The notes below the pieces were generated by a model. That model was not told the origin of the DNA. It was given only the letters and a program-made list of their open reading frames with translations, and did no database searches. A stretch of DNA of 64,000 nucleotides from Lama glama (Eukaryota), in NCBI GenBank assembly GCA_028534125.1, contig CM052818.1, forward strand, positions 39,372,001 to 39,436,000, written 5' to 3'. The translations under genes were made by a program, and so were the position numbers. Positions 24,311-36,114 of this stretch are shown here, piece by piece (the first letter of the stretch is position 1; each line of letters starts with the position of its first letter).

Positions 24311-26429
24311 GTTCCTAGAGCAGAATCACATGTGGCTCTTACCCTCCAGAAGCTTCCACTCTAACAACAGGGCAAGATGTAACAACAAACACCTACAGAG
24401 CAGACTGAGTTAAATGAGGAAAGACCTGTGCAAACAGCGGGCCCTGATAGCCCCCAGGGAGGGTGGCAGCTCTCCTACGTGATGACCGAATCATGCCCCA
24501 AGAGGGACCTCATTGGCTTCAGGGGCCTGCGCCTTGGCCGCGGTTTAAGGTGTCTGGATGGTTGGCATCAGTGTTTCTGAATTGCTTCATGTCCAAGGAC
24601 CATCAGAACATGCTGTATGGAGTGAAGCCACAGGGTCAACCAGCTGACTGTGCCCGGGCAGCCCTGGTGCTCCAAGTGAGCTCAGAGAGAGGAACCCCAG
24701 CCAGGGCTGGATGAAGCCGGTGAACCGATGACCCAAAGGCTGGAATGTTTGCAAAAGTCTATTTTTATTTCAGATAAAACTGGAAATGGAGCCACTTGGG
24801 GAGCCAACCTCCTGGAGATTAATGGTGAAGAGTGAGCTGAAGCTCACCGGGGAAGTATGTGGAGTTCTGAGCTCACCAGTCCACGTCCCTGCAAAACAAA
24901 GCTCGGCAATGGAGGCTGGGAAAGAAGCAGCCAGTCTGGACCGAGCATGATCTGCAGAGACCGGGCCCCTTTGCCATCCATCTGTCTGTGTCTGCCCATT
25001 CTTCACGAAGCACCCAGCTGGTGTCTGGTCCTGTTCTCAGCTGGGAGGGTGGGGCAGGAGAAGGAGTAGGCCCTGCTCTCTGGTCCAGAGGAAACCTACC
25101 AGCAGAACACCACTGAGGAAAGCACCTGGCCCATTTCACTACAGTTTAGAGTCCAGGGTCTTGGGATATCCTCAGGTTGTTAACCCCGCAGCCAAGAGAA
25201 AACCATGTTTTCCCTTCGGAAGCCTTTTCTTAGTTGGTCAGTCAAAGAGCAATTGATGGAGGGATCTGTGTGCCTGGCCCTGGGCTTAGTTTGTGCTGTT
25301 GGGGTGGGTGGGGAGTGAGAGGGAGCATCCAGTTCTCTAATGAGAACTAGAGCTGTGGTCCTGGAAGCAGAAACCCAGGCATCATTTAATCGCCAGAGGA
25401 CTGGCTGCTCTCCATTGTGACACAGACCAGGACATCCAGAGACCTTGCTGAGAGTCTCCCGGCTGATAAGAGGCAGATCTGACTCCAGATCTGTGCTGCT
25501 CCCCCCGCACCCGTGAGGGGCAACGCTTGCTCCATCCATCATCAGAGTCCAGGAATCTGGATGGTGGGAGAGGTCCCTTCCCACTCAGGCCATTCTTGCA
25601 CCAGCTCTCTTTCCTTCTCTCCTTCCTGGCCTTGTGGCTCCTTGGCCCTCCACCCAACACTTGTCAAGTAACCTCAGAGCCTGGAAGTTTCTGAGGCTCC
25701 CAGCAGAGTGGTCTGGAATTTGCTGGGGAAATCTAGCGTCCCCCTGCCGCGAATGCCAGGTCTGTCTTCACCCCCCAAAAGAACAGGCCGGGCTCTGGAT
25801 GTCCCTGGCTTATGGCCACATTGCTGCATATGTCATGTTCACACTCCCCTCCCTGAGTCTGTCTGAACATCAGGACATGAGGAGACGGCTCTCAGTGGGA
25901 CCTGCTGGCACGATGACCAATGTCTGGGGAAGCCAGTCAGTGACTTGGCGGGACAGGGAACCGTCGGAGCCCCGCAGTGAATGCCTTTCTGCACGAGCCC
26001 CTTCTGACAGCAAGGGTGTGGTTTGGGAGCCTGATGTGTTTACTTTGCAGGAAGAAGTCAGTCACCTGGACCAGAGTGAGAAGCAAGAGGATTCCTACCA
26101 GTGTTTAGACTCTGACTTAGAGGTGGTTTTAGTCAGTGTGCCTGTCCCTTAGCAGTGACTCATTGAGAGATAATCAGCAGAAGGACCCACAGAAGTTTTT
26201 TCAAGGCATGATTGGTGATACCAACTTGGTATTAAGTGAGGCTGGTGCTCTGTAATCTTTAACTGATCTCACGTGTGCCTCCTGTCCTCTCGAAGCAATC
26301 ACACAGGGTCTGCCTTAAAACTCTGCTTCATGTACATTCAAATGTCTGTTCAGATATTCTGAGAGAGCAAGACCCTGTCGAGAGCGGAACTAGGATCAGT
26401 CTCTGGGCTGTAAGCTCCCAGCTCTTGCA

Positions 26430-26671
26430 GTGATCATTCACTCTTTCATTTCACAAACACTTACTGAGTGATTTCTGCTCATTTGGGGCTGGGCAGTAAG
26501 CTGCAAAGATGACACAGAAGTGATTCTGTCTTTGAGGCTCCAAGTAGGTGAGATGTGACATGTTTATAGAATACCCTAACACCCAGGAGGCCTGGGGATG
26601 CTGCAAGGGAGGAAGGATATGTTCCAAGGCAGTTCAGTGAGTCGGCACCTAGAAAGGCTTTCTGGAGGAGG
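26430..26671 (-). mobile_element. LINE-2 3' fragment
   Basis: CATTCACTCTTTCATTTCACAAACACTTACTGAGTG...AGAAAGGCTTTCTGGAGGAGGT. Confidence 0.65.
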
Positions 26672-27086
26672 TGTGATGGTTAATTTCATGTGTCAACATG
26701 TCTGCACCATGGTACTCAGATGTTTGGTCAAACATTATTTTAGACGTTTCTGTGAAGGTATTTTTGGATGAGACTAACATTTAAATCAGAAGACTTTGAG
26801 GAAAGCAGATTCCTTCCAGGATGTGGGTGGGCCTCATCCCGTCATTAGAAAGCCTTAATAGAAAAAGATTGACCTCCCTGAAGTGAGAAGGAATTCTTCT
26901 AGCAGATGGTCTCTGGCCACAAACTGTAACTGTTCCCTGGATCTCCAGTTGCTGGCCTACCCTGTAGATTTTGGACTTGCCAAGCCTCCACAATTGTGTG
27001 AGCCAGTTCTTTACAATAAATCTCTCTCTCCATACATATACATACATACCGTGTTGGTTCTGCTTCTCTGGAGAGCCGTGACTGCA
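26672..27086 (+). mobile_element. ERV-L LTR (MLT2 family)
   Basis: Starts TGTGATGGTTAATTTCATGTGTCAAC. Contains GGATGTGGGTGGGCCTCATCC and TTGTGTGAGCCAGTTCTTTACAATAAATCTCTC. Ends TTGGTTCTGCTTCTCTGGAGAGCCGTGACTGCA. Confidence 0.9.
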
Positions 27087-27892
27087 GGTGTCAACGCCCG
27101 AGGGTACGTCGGAGTCATTGTGAGTTTATGTGAATTCTGGTGCAGAGCGATTTCTGTGCAGGAGAATAGAACATTCTGGAGTATCAGGCTCTCACAGACC
27201 CAATTTGGGGTTTATGAAGAGAGCTCACAGGCCTTCTTTCAGGGAGTAGTAGAAAGTGGTTATCAAAGATAAAAGCTTTTCTCTAGGAAAGTGATGGCCT
27301 TGGTGGAAGAAAGGCTGGGGAAGCTGCTGGAAATCCCAAAACTGTGGACAAGGCAGTTGTGAGTCCACGTGAAAACAATTAAAACAAAACCCAAAGTCAA
27401 GTGAGCAGGTGACTTTAAGACTTTAGAAATCTGAGCTCTTCCTAGTCCTGAGCCCCAGAGGAGCCAGAGAGAACTATGTCAACTTGTTTTGGCCTTTGCT
27501 TTTGTAAAGTATATAATACTTTAAGTATGTAATGTTAAAACAGCATAGTATCTTTGCCCAGATTCCTAATTGTATTACAGATTTTTCAGCAGAAAAATTA
27601 TAACAGAGAATGGAAAGTTTATTCATTGTTCACTCCACTGAGCCTAGATAGAAAGGAGATTCTGTGGGCGTTTTCCTGCCCAGATCATCTTTTGTGGTTT
27701 TGTGTGATTCCTACAACTTCCAGACTCTCTGAAAGCTAGTGGTATGCCTAAGAGCTAATGGTGGTCTTCTCTGATTTTATTCTATTCCATTCTCACAGTT
27801 CTATAAACGTCTACATGTTTTGTATGAAATTACTTTCTGCTTGATATACCTAGAACAATTTTCATTTTCCTGATTGGCTCCTGACTGATTCA
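27087..27892 (+). mobile_element. Second, older ERVL-class LTR
   Basis: Its 3' end ACTTTCTGCTTGATATACCTAGAACAATTTTCATTTTCCTGATTGGCTCCTGACTGATTCA resembles ERVL LTR termini and is directly followed by ERVL internal sequence. Confidence 0.55.
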
Positions 27893-29480
27893 GCACTTGA
27901 CACCACAAGAACTTTGAGAAAACAGACCTTTGAAGATGGGGAGATGGGTTGGTTATCCCTTCAGGTTAGGTTTGAGCCAGGGATGACCTTCTTGTCAATA
28001 GAAAGTGAAATACTGATAATGCATGGCTTATGTTAACAAATGGTCTTTAGACACTTGAAGTTGCCTAGAATTAAAGTGCTTATGGAGGGCAAAACTTTGG
28101 CAGATTAAATGGCTGCGGCTACAGAATGTTATGGTGGAAATGCAGTGTGAGGAGTGCTGGGATGTGGGCAGGTTGGCTATTTCTGATTGCACTGGAAAGA
28201 AAGAAATGAATAATCTCAGGGTCTTACCTTCTCAGCTCAGTTCATGGCCAGAGAATCAGGGTGCTTCTGTATTTGTCCTAAATGAATTACTTTTTATAAA
28301 GTTTGATTGTGAGGTCTTAGATAGTAGCACAATACAATTCACGGCTGCACCAGATTTCTTATGGGCAAGTGGGGACATTGTTCAAGAAAGAGTGAGATCC
28401 GAGAATTGGGATGGGGACATTTGGGCAGATTGAGCTGAATCAGAGTAGCTTCACCTACTTCCCCAATCTCTCTGTGCCTACTTTGCCATTAGAAGCAGCC
28501 TTCCCCGTCACTCTATGAGGGGTCTTCTTTCTACTTGATTGAAGAGCATATGGTGCTGAGTCTCTTTAAGATGTATTCCCAGTACACTCACTGCCCCTCA
28601 TTGCCTCCAGATCTATAACTAAGGCAGATCCTAGCATGACTAAGGGGGATGAGAATGCGCTGAGACCCGGGAGGAGAAAGCATATGTACCAGAAGAATTA
28701 CAAGGAGACAGACTAGGGAGGAATCCAACTATGTAATGTTGGATTGGGCCGGATTTATCAAGATGTATGTATTAACCAGAGATTCTTGATTTAATATGTT
28801 AGTTTGAGCGGCTCAGAGTGACTACAACAATTTATTTTCTTTTTGACTTAAACCTGGACTCAGTGGTGGCCTGTGCTAAATGAAACTGAGATGTCAGGAC
28901 TTCCTTGGTATAATGCAGACAAAGAAAGCCAAAGGCTAAAAGAGACTGGAATGTTGGAAAGGGTTTATCATGTGCAACCTAGTCACGCAACCCCTTATGG
29001 GAGGGGTCGCCTAACGTCAGTATTTTTACAAAGTCATTGAGAAATATATTGCTGATAGAAGTATCAGTGGCTTTGAAAAGCTTTGTGATGGTTATTCTCT
29101 GCAGGCAGGGGTTGATGGGGGGGCAGACACTGCCATTGAGAAGGTTTTCTTCATTTCACTGGGGACAATAGGATCCCAGAGTGGTAAATGCCAAAGGTCA
29201 GTATTTACTCTCTAGAAACAAGGTGATTGTGGTTAATGAAGCCCACAGCAGGACTAGAGTAGTAATCAGAATCCCATTGTGTCTAATTATCAAGACATCC
29301 CTAGGGGTGACTAGGTGGGTAGCCAATGAGAGCTTTACTTGATCTATGTAACTGGGAGAGATTTTAGATCTAATGAACAAAGCCCCGAATTGGTTGGGGC
29401 AACACAAATAGAAAGTCATAGTCTCTCACTCAATTTCCAGACCATGGGAACTGTAGTTTTTTGAAGTGAATGGTGATGAT
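27893..29480 (+). mobile_element. ERV-L internal region with decayed gag
   Basis: Peptides ENWDGDIWAD (~28401-28430), TWTQWWPVLNETEMSGLPWYNADKESQRLKETGMLERVYHVQP (28852-28980) and FTKSLRNILL..ALKSFVMVILCR match HERV-L/MuERV-L Gag motifs (WDGDVWED; WPT..E.EMP.LPW...EEGIQRLREIGMLEWI). Interrupted by stops and frameshifts. Confidence 0.85.
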
Positions 29481-29719
29481 ACCACTTGGGCACCACCCTC
29501 CCACCGAGGAGTAGCACACCTGAACTGCAGGTGGAATGTGTGTAGCGAACTCATTTTGGATTTGCAAAGCCAGGCCTTTAGAGTGTCCTCTGACTGTAGA
29601 GCCAGTGCTGTGCACAGATGAGAGCCTGGTGATGCTCGGGCCCTAAACGTGGCCACATTTATGGGTCCATGAGAATGATTGTTAACTCCTGGAAGTTTCT
29701 TGGTGGTGATCTCATCCAC

Positions 29720-30035
29720 AGGTTGTTAACTTTTAAAGTTTACAGACCTGAGAATTTGATAAAAGCAATGAAGCAATTGTCAAGAAAAACGAATGCCCGC
29801 TTACTTATACAACATTTATATTCAATTTTTGGAGGTTTTTGGACCGACCCTCTGAAGTTCCAAGGTAAAGGTCCTGTGACTCAATCCAGTGACAATAAAA
29901 CAATGGGCAAAAATTACAGACAGAAAAGGAAATATACATGGTCACAAAAATATGAAAAGATTCTCTTGTCCACTAAAAACAAGAGTAAGTCAAATCATAC
30001 TGAGATACTATTTTTCACCAGCATTTGGCAATGAT
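29720..30035 (+). mobile_element. Ancient L1ME-type fragments
   Basis: AAAACAATGGGCAAAA...ATATGAAAAGATTCTC...CTGAGATACTATTTTTCACCAGCATTTGGCAA. Confidence 0.55.
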
Positions 30036-31504
30036 CAAAATGTTATATTAGAAATTGTTTTTGAGACGTGCCCAAATCTCACAGCTGGTGAGTGGAGGGA
30101 GCTGGGGCTTGAGCCTAAGGCCTCTGACTTCAGATTCCCCTTTCTTTTCACTTAGCGGCATGGCCCTCATGAGATTCCTTGCATAGTTGATTGGGTGTGG
30201 GGTACATAGCCTGATCAAACTCCCACACCTTGTTCTGGACCTTTCTGGAGGAGGCCACGAGGAGGAATAGCATCACACGGAAAAGAAAATGAAATTTTCA
30301 GTGGCCTGCAAGCAATTCTGGTTATTTTTTGTCTCCAGAGGGAGTGATGGCCATCTGACAATCACTTCCGGACACTTGACCTGCGGCCAGCGGCCTGGCT
30401 GGATCTGTATCTGCCAGGAGGACTTGGGGAATTTATGCACCTGAGAGAGGAGGGTCTTGGTAATCAGTACTCCAGGCTCCAGTGTTCTGCCTCTGGTTCT
30501 GGAGCCCTGAGCCTGAGGGGTCAAGGTCAGGTGTAGGGGAGAGAGACAGAGGAGTAGCTGCTTTGGTCCTTGGGCCACAGTCATGACCCAGGGTTAGCAT
30601 GGGTCCCAGAGGAGAAACGAAAAATAATAAGGGAGTGTGATAGCAAGAAAGTGAAGGAGGGAGAGAGGAAGAGGGAAAAGGAGGAGGAGAAAGGGGAGGG
30701 GGAGGGAGAGAGGTCACATATCTGTTTGTGTGAAGTCTCACCTTGGAGACTGCTCTTCTAGGTCAGGGCAGATACAGAGCAGACGTTCTCCCTATCTCCT
30801 CTAGTACCGGATGGGGTGTATAATTATTTCACTGTGTGTACAGGATTTCTAGTTACATAATGACTAAAAGCAGATAAAGATCCAGCCAAGAGAACAGCAA
30901 ACCATGGACATGATGCTAATAAAAGTCCTTAGCCAGGCTCAGGGCTTGGCTGCCAACCTGCTCTGGGGCAAGAGGGGTGGATAGAGCCAGGCATGAGGAG
31001 CCCTCCAAGAGCCTGAGGAGGAGGAGGAGGAGATGGTGGGGGGGGGCAGCAAGGAAGGCCAGGCCTCGACTGCCAAGAACAGCAGGTTGCAATGCTTAAT
31101 GTCCACACTCATGCCAGTGTGCTTAGGAACTGTTGTTATTTTTATGAGAAAAATGCAGAAAGGCTAATCTGTCTATTTATGTCTGTCTGGAATCATGTAA
31201 TTACTAAAGGGATGCTCTGGTGCCAGGATCCAGCCGTGGCTCTTCCTCTCCCATGATGTCTTTTGGAGGCTGGGCCCAATGCCCCAGCCCGGCTCTAGTG
31301 AGGAGCCTGCCAAGGGATTTAGGCACCACTGGGATAGATAGCCAGACAGAGGAAAGGGGACTGGGAAAACCAAGATAATTGGGTCAAATACTTTTATGCA
31401 TTTTAGAGTTTTGGCAACTGGTAACTTTAGGGTATGTCCATGGAGTCTATGACTGCTGGAAACTAAAGGTCTTTTCCACAAATTCTGACTGTTCAAGGCA
31501 GGCT

Positions 31505-31830
31505 TTACCATCCATCCATCTGTTCGTCTGGGCCATCCATCCACCTATGCATCCACTCGTCCTTTGAGCAAGCATGTTATGCCAGTCATTTTGCTGGGCT
31601 CTAGAGATACAGAGATAAATAAGACATACATAGTCTTTCCACCTGAAAGACTCAGGGTATGGGAGGAGATAGAAATACCAACCGTCGAGCACAATGAAGT
31701 GCCTCAGGTGCTGTAATTGACTCTGCAGAGGTCCCTTGAGTCAAGGAAGGATCTGGGTGGTCAGTAAAACTGCAGAGAGCAGGTGACCCTTGAGCTCGGG
31801 TCTGGTAGCTGAAGGTATGTTTGGCATATA
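31505..31830 (-). mobile_element. LINE-2 3' fragment
   Basis: (CATC)n-like tail then TTTGAGC..TATGCCAG...TGCTGGGCTCTAGAGATACAGAGATAAATAAGACA. Confidence 0.7.
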
Positions 31831-34744
31831 GGCCTAGACAGCCTTGGTCCTTGGGCCACAGTCATGACCCAAGACTCCAGAGGCTGCCCTGGGGTAGCCC
31901 AAGATAAACTGAGTATAGCTTCAATTCTAACCCAAACCCATGCCTTGCATAGATTCTCAGCCTGGTATTAGGGACCCTCAGTGATCTGACCTCGAGCTAC
32001 AATTTTCATTTCATCTCTGCTGCTCCCTCACCCCCCGGCTACACGGGCCGGGTCATGCTGTTTCCTGCTGTGCATGGCAGGTTTCTGCCTCCTTGCCTGT
32101 GACCAGGTTGCTCTGTCTTCTTGGGCTGCCTTCCTTTACCCTACTAGGTTCTTTTTGAGACCTAGGGTATTGCCTTCCTGGAGGGCTCCGTGTTGCATTT
32201 ATGGAGATATAAGCAAGGGATTGAGCAGAGACCCCACTGTGTGCAGCAGTGTGTGTTTGAGGAGCCGTGTGCGACGAGGCTGGGAGTTGGTGGGTAGGTG
32301 TAGGCTGAGAGGAGGGTGATGCTTTGGGGAGGTATGAAGCAGGCCTGGGGCTTACTGATCGGAGGAAGAGGGCGGTAGGCGTCTCACCCACTTCCTTATA
32401 CCCTAATCCTGAGGACCCTCCACCTCATTGACTGAATCATCAGCTGTAGGAAAGTAGGCCTGAAAAGGTCATGTGATTTTCTGCCTTCCGTTCTCTAGGA
32501 ATTTCTAAATCTGTAGTTCTGATATGTCCTCAAGTTTTGGAGAAGTTGCTTTTCCTGTTTCATAGTGTCACTCTCTGAGCTAAGGAAATGAGGTACCAGT
32601 GGTTCTGAGGGGCCTTCTGGATGGATTGAGCTAGCCCCTTGGTAGCATGGGACTGTGCCCCAGGAAGGGATAGGCGTTGGCGGTGGAGGGCTCAGGGTTC
32701 AGCTGGCCTGCAACAATCAGCCCGAGGCTCGGCCCCTTTCAGCTCAGTAAGCTTAAGCCACGGGCTGGTGGGGGCTGGATGTTGTCCGGAGCTGCAGATG
32801 CCTGGGGGCTGAAGCTGCCACAGATGTTCTCAGGGAGGCACTGGCATTGAGCAGGGGTGCAGGATTGAGCCACAGGGGCAAGAGATTCAAATGGAAGTTT
32901 TCTGTTAGTACCTGGAGTGAGCTGGGTGAGATCTCACCCCCTGGGGCCTCTGTCCTCCTATCTGGGAAGTGATGAGGTTGGACTAGCTGCTCTTAGAGCA
33001 TCTTTCCAGTTCTCTGTTACTTGGCAATAGGCCTCTGTGAGGTGAATGGTCCACATGTGGTGCCAGGGCTATTTCAGGGACAATGATAAGACGTGGAGAA
33101 GGTAGAAGGGCTGAGGGTTACCGCTCAGTCTGGCCTCCCCAAGTGCCACTAGCAGCTGAGTGGCCCACAGGCTCAGGGCCTGCAGGCAGTATGTGGGGCA
33201 CTCCATGGATGTGCCGCTTCTCTGGGATGCCGATGCCTCTCTTTAGCATGTGTTTGTTCACTCATGTCCCTTGTCTGTCCAGTTCTGTGCCAGCCATGCT
33301 GAGTGGGGATGAGTTTTTGTACTGAGAAGGGGCAGACTGGCCACTGTCCCCAGGTAGCCTACGACTGAGGTGAGTCGGGCTCAGAGCTTGGGCGGGGCCC
33401 AGCACTAGGAGGGACTGTGAAGCAGGCTTGAGGAAGCTTCCCAGAGGAGCTGGGACCAGAGCAGGGCCTGGAGGTGGAGGATTTGGCCCTGTATAGGGCA
33501 GAGGGACCTAGGGAGGGAGAGAGCAGAGCAATTTTTCTCTAGCTGTTATAGGAAAGAAAGAGCTGGAACCACTTTGCACATTTGTTCCTTTGCGGATCTG
33601 GAGTTGCTGGAGATCCATCTGGAAATGTGCTCTAATCAGCTGTCTCTCAGCAGGAAAGGGGAGACTGGGTAATACACCAGCCAGCCCAGTGCCAGCATCA
33701 GGGTCCTGAGCTCTCAGGCGCCCCCAGCTTGTAGATGGGGGAGCTGAGACTGGGGGGCTGTGGGTGAGCAGAGATCACACTGCAGGTGGCAGCAGAGTGG
33801 GGGCTGGGATTTGGAGTCCAGATATGCTCCTGGAACCGTTCAGCCCAAACGGCCTTCCCGGGTCACCCCTCTTTGCCTTCTGGGCCTCATCTCCAGCTCC
33901 CCCTCACCTGCACTCTGCACCCCAGACTGTGCCAGTCCCCATGGCCCGTGCTGCCCCTTCTCTCAGCCCCATGCCCGCATCCACCTCTTGGCAGGCCATG
34001 GCCTCCCTTCTCCCCAGAAGACTCCTCTTCATCCTCTGCTCTGGTGTTTGCTGCTCTCTGGAGCTGGGCCACCCTTGTGCTTCGATGCCTCTCTCCCTGG
34101 GGCTCACCTGACTGCAGTTATAAGGAAGCAATCACCTCCTGGGGTGTGAGCTCCTTGCAAGCAGGCCCTGGGCCTTATTGTCTCTCTATTCCTAGCACGC
34201 ACAGGATACTCGCGAAGGTACTGGATAAACAAGTGAATGCAACCGTCCTGGCCACGGACCCCGTGTCTCTGCTTTGTTCTTCCTCTGGCCGTGCCCTTCC
34301 CCAGAGGACGGGTTCAAAGTGAGGCTTCCAAAGGGAGCCTGGAGCCAGGCTCCCTCCCCTGCAAACAGCTGGTGCCAGGGGCCCTGGAATCCTCTGCCCA
34401 GATGGCCCTGAGGCCTGCTTGGGGACCTTGCGAGGGCCTGCCTGAGGCCCAGTCAGGGCAGCTCTAGACCTGAGGCCCTCACGAAGGCCCTGGTGGTGTG
34501 GGACGGAGCCGGAGCTGGGATGGACGGAGGGGTGGGCCATAGTCTCGCACTTGTCCTCTTGCCCCAGGCCCTGCCCACGTTAGAGGCGGCCTGAATGAGT
34601 GACTTCATTCTCGTGGAGCATGTGTTGGGGACCCGAGAGCCAGGCTGAGGCTGGGAGGGGGTTTCAGGACAGTTGGGGACAATGGGGCAGATGTGCCTTG
34701 GCCTTCTGGTGTGTTGAATCTTTGGAGTTAATCATCCTCATATC

Positions 34745-34955
34745 AATAGGTAGCATTTAATGAGCACCAACTGTGGACCTGACCCCATGTTGAGAGTTTT
34801 GTGCCATTTGTATGTTTGAATCTTCACAATGGTTCTCGCAGTGAGGACTAGTATTGTCCCAACTTACAGAAGGAACCGAGGCTCAGAGTTCCACCGCAAG
34901 GACTCAGACACCTGTCTGTGACTCTGATCCTGCCTGAGCTTTTGACCGCCTCTCA
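34745..34955 (-). mobile_element. MIR SINE
   Basis: AGCATTTAATGAGCACC...AATCTTCACAA...ATTGTCCCAACTTACAGAAGGAACCGAGGCTCAGAG. Confidence 0.75.
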
Positions 34956-35356
34956 GAGGGAGGCCTGTGGTGGGTGCGCTCCGCACTGGGGTGTCTCTGC
35001 GTCCAGCACCTGCTGCGCTTGGGCAGGACAGCCGCAGCTTCTGTGGGGCCTGGCTCTGGGGGGCTGCTGTGTTCCCCGGGGGAGGGTTAGAGGAGCCCGG
35101 GGGATGGGGGCACTCTGACTGGGGCCAGGGGGTGAGGGCAGGAGGCTTGGCCTGATGTGGCTCTGTGACCTGGGCCTGCTGGGAGCTGGGAGCTCTCCAC
35201 CTGCTCCGTGCGTCTCACTTGGGAAGTCAGCACTAGAAAGAAGCGTCCTTCCTTCCCCTTAGTGTGAGTTGGGCCCTCAGGATCAAGTTTTGGATTCTCT
35301 CCACAAGGGAATATCCAGAAGCCCAGTGTTTTTGCTGCACCAGGGAAGACTTCATA

Positions 35357-35450
35357 TGGGGTGGGGAGTATAGCTCAGTGGGAGAGTGCATGATTGGTGT
35401 GCACAAGGTACTGGGTTTAATTCCCTGTACTTTCGTTAAGGGGGGAAAAA
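35357..35450 (+). mobile_element. tRNA-Ala-derived camelid SINE (vic-1-like), diverged short copy
   Basis: Body GGGGAGTATAGCTCAGTGGGAGAGTGCATG...GGTACTGGGTTTAATTCCC with A-rich tail. TSD AGGGAAG[A/G]CTTCA[T/C]A at 35342-35356 and 35451-35465. Confidence 0.85.
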
Positions 35451-35689
35451 AGGGAAGGCTTCACAGTAACAAAAATATATTATTATTATATTATCATGAT
35501 TATGATCTTTACAGTGGCCGCTGGGCCTCAATTAGCCCCACTTCCAGGTGTACCCAGGCTGTACAGATGCTCTTCTTTTGTGCTTCCGGAATATTAGAGT
35601 CACTTCCACTGTTCATGCACTTTGAGAGCTCACGCCTGTTAGGGGTCAGGTATTTACTGAGGTCAAGATGAACAAGCGGCAGGAAAGTG

Positions 35690-35900
35690 GTGGGAGTGTG
35701 GCCTTAAGATGGGGATTTTGATGCGTGAATCTGCCACTCACCATCTCACTGCGGCTACTACCTGGGACTGGGCATGCAGTCTCCCAGAGCCTCAGTATTC
35801 TCATCTGTTAAATGGGAATTCTCCCTGGAGGCATCGTTGTCAGGCTCAAATGGTGACACATGGTTGATGTTCAGTGGTCACTTACAGTTATTGTCTTTCT
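35690..35900 (+). mobile_element. MIR SINE
   Basis: GAGCCTCAGTATTCTCATCTGTTAAATGGGAAT core. Confidence 0.75.
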
Positions 35901-35961
35901 CACTTTCTGGAACAGTTTCTTGAGCTGTTAAGGGGAAATTGTTCTTAGAAGTCAAGCCGTA

Positions 35962-36114
35962 GGGGGAGGGTGTAGCTCAGTGGTAGAGCACATGCTTAGC
36001 ATGCACAAGGTCCTGGGTTCAATCCCCAGTACCTCCATTAAAATAAATAAATAAATAAATAAACCTAATAACCTCCTTCCTGCTGCCCCCCCACCCCCAC
36101 CAAAAGATAAAATA
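35962..36114 (+). mobile_element. tRNA-Ala-derived camelid SINE (vic-1-like), full length
   Basis: GGGGGAGGGTGTAGCTCAGTGGTAGAGCACATGCTTAGCATGCACAAGGTCCTGGGTTCAATCCCCAGTACCTCCA, then (TAAA)n, ACCTAATAACCTCC, a C-rich stretch and an A tail. Pol III A and B boxes are intact. TSD AGAAGTCAAGCC at 35947-35958 and 36115-36126. Confidence 0.92.

Noticed and set aside
35964..36037. tRNA-Ala(AGC)-like gene
   Set aside because: Mispaired acceptor and anticodon stems, plus a SINE tail and TSD; it is a SINE head, as are the 35357 and 39555 copies.
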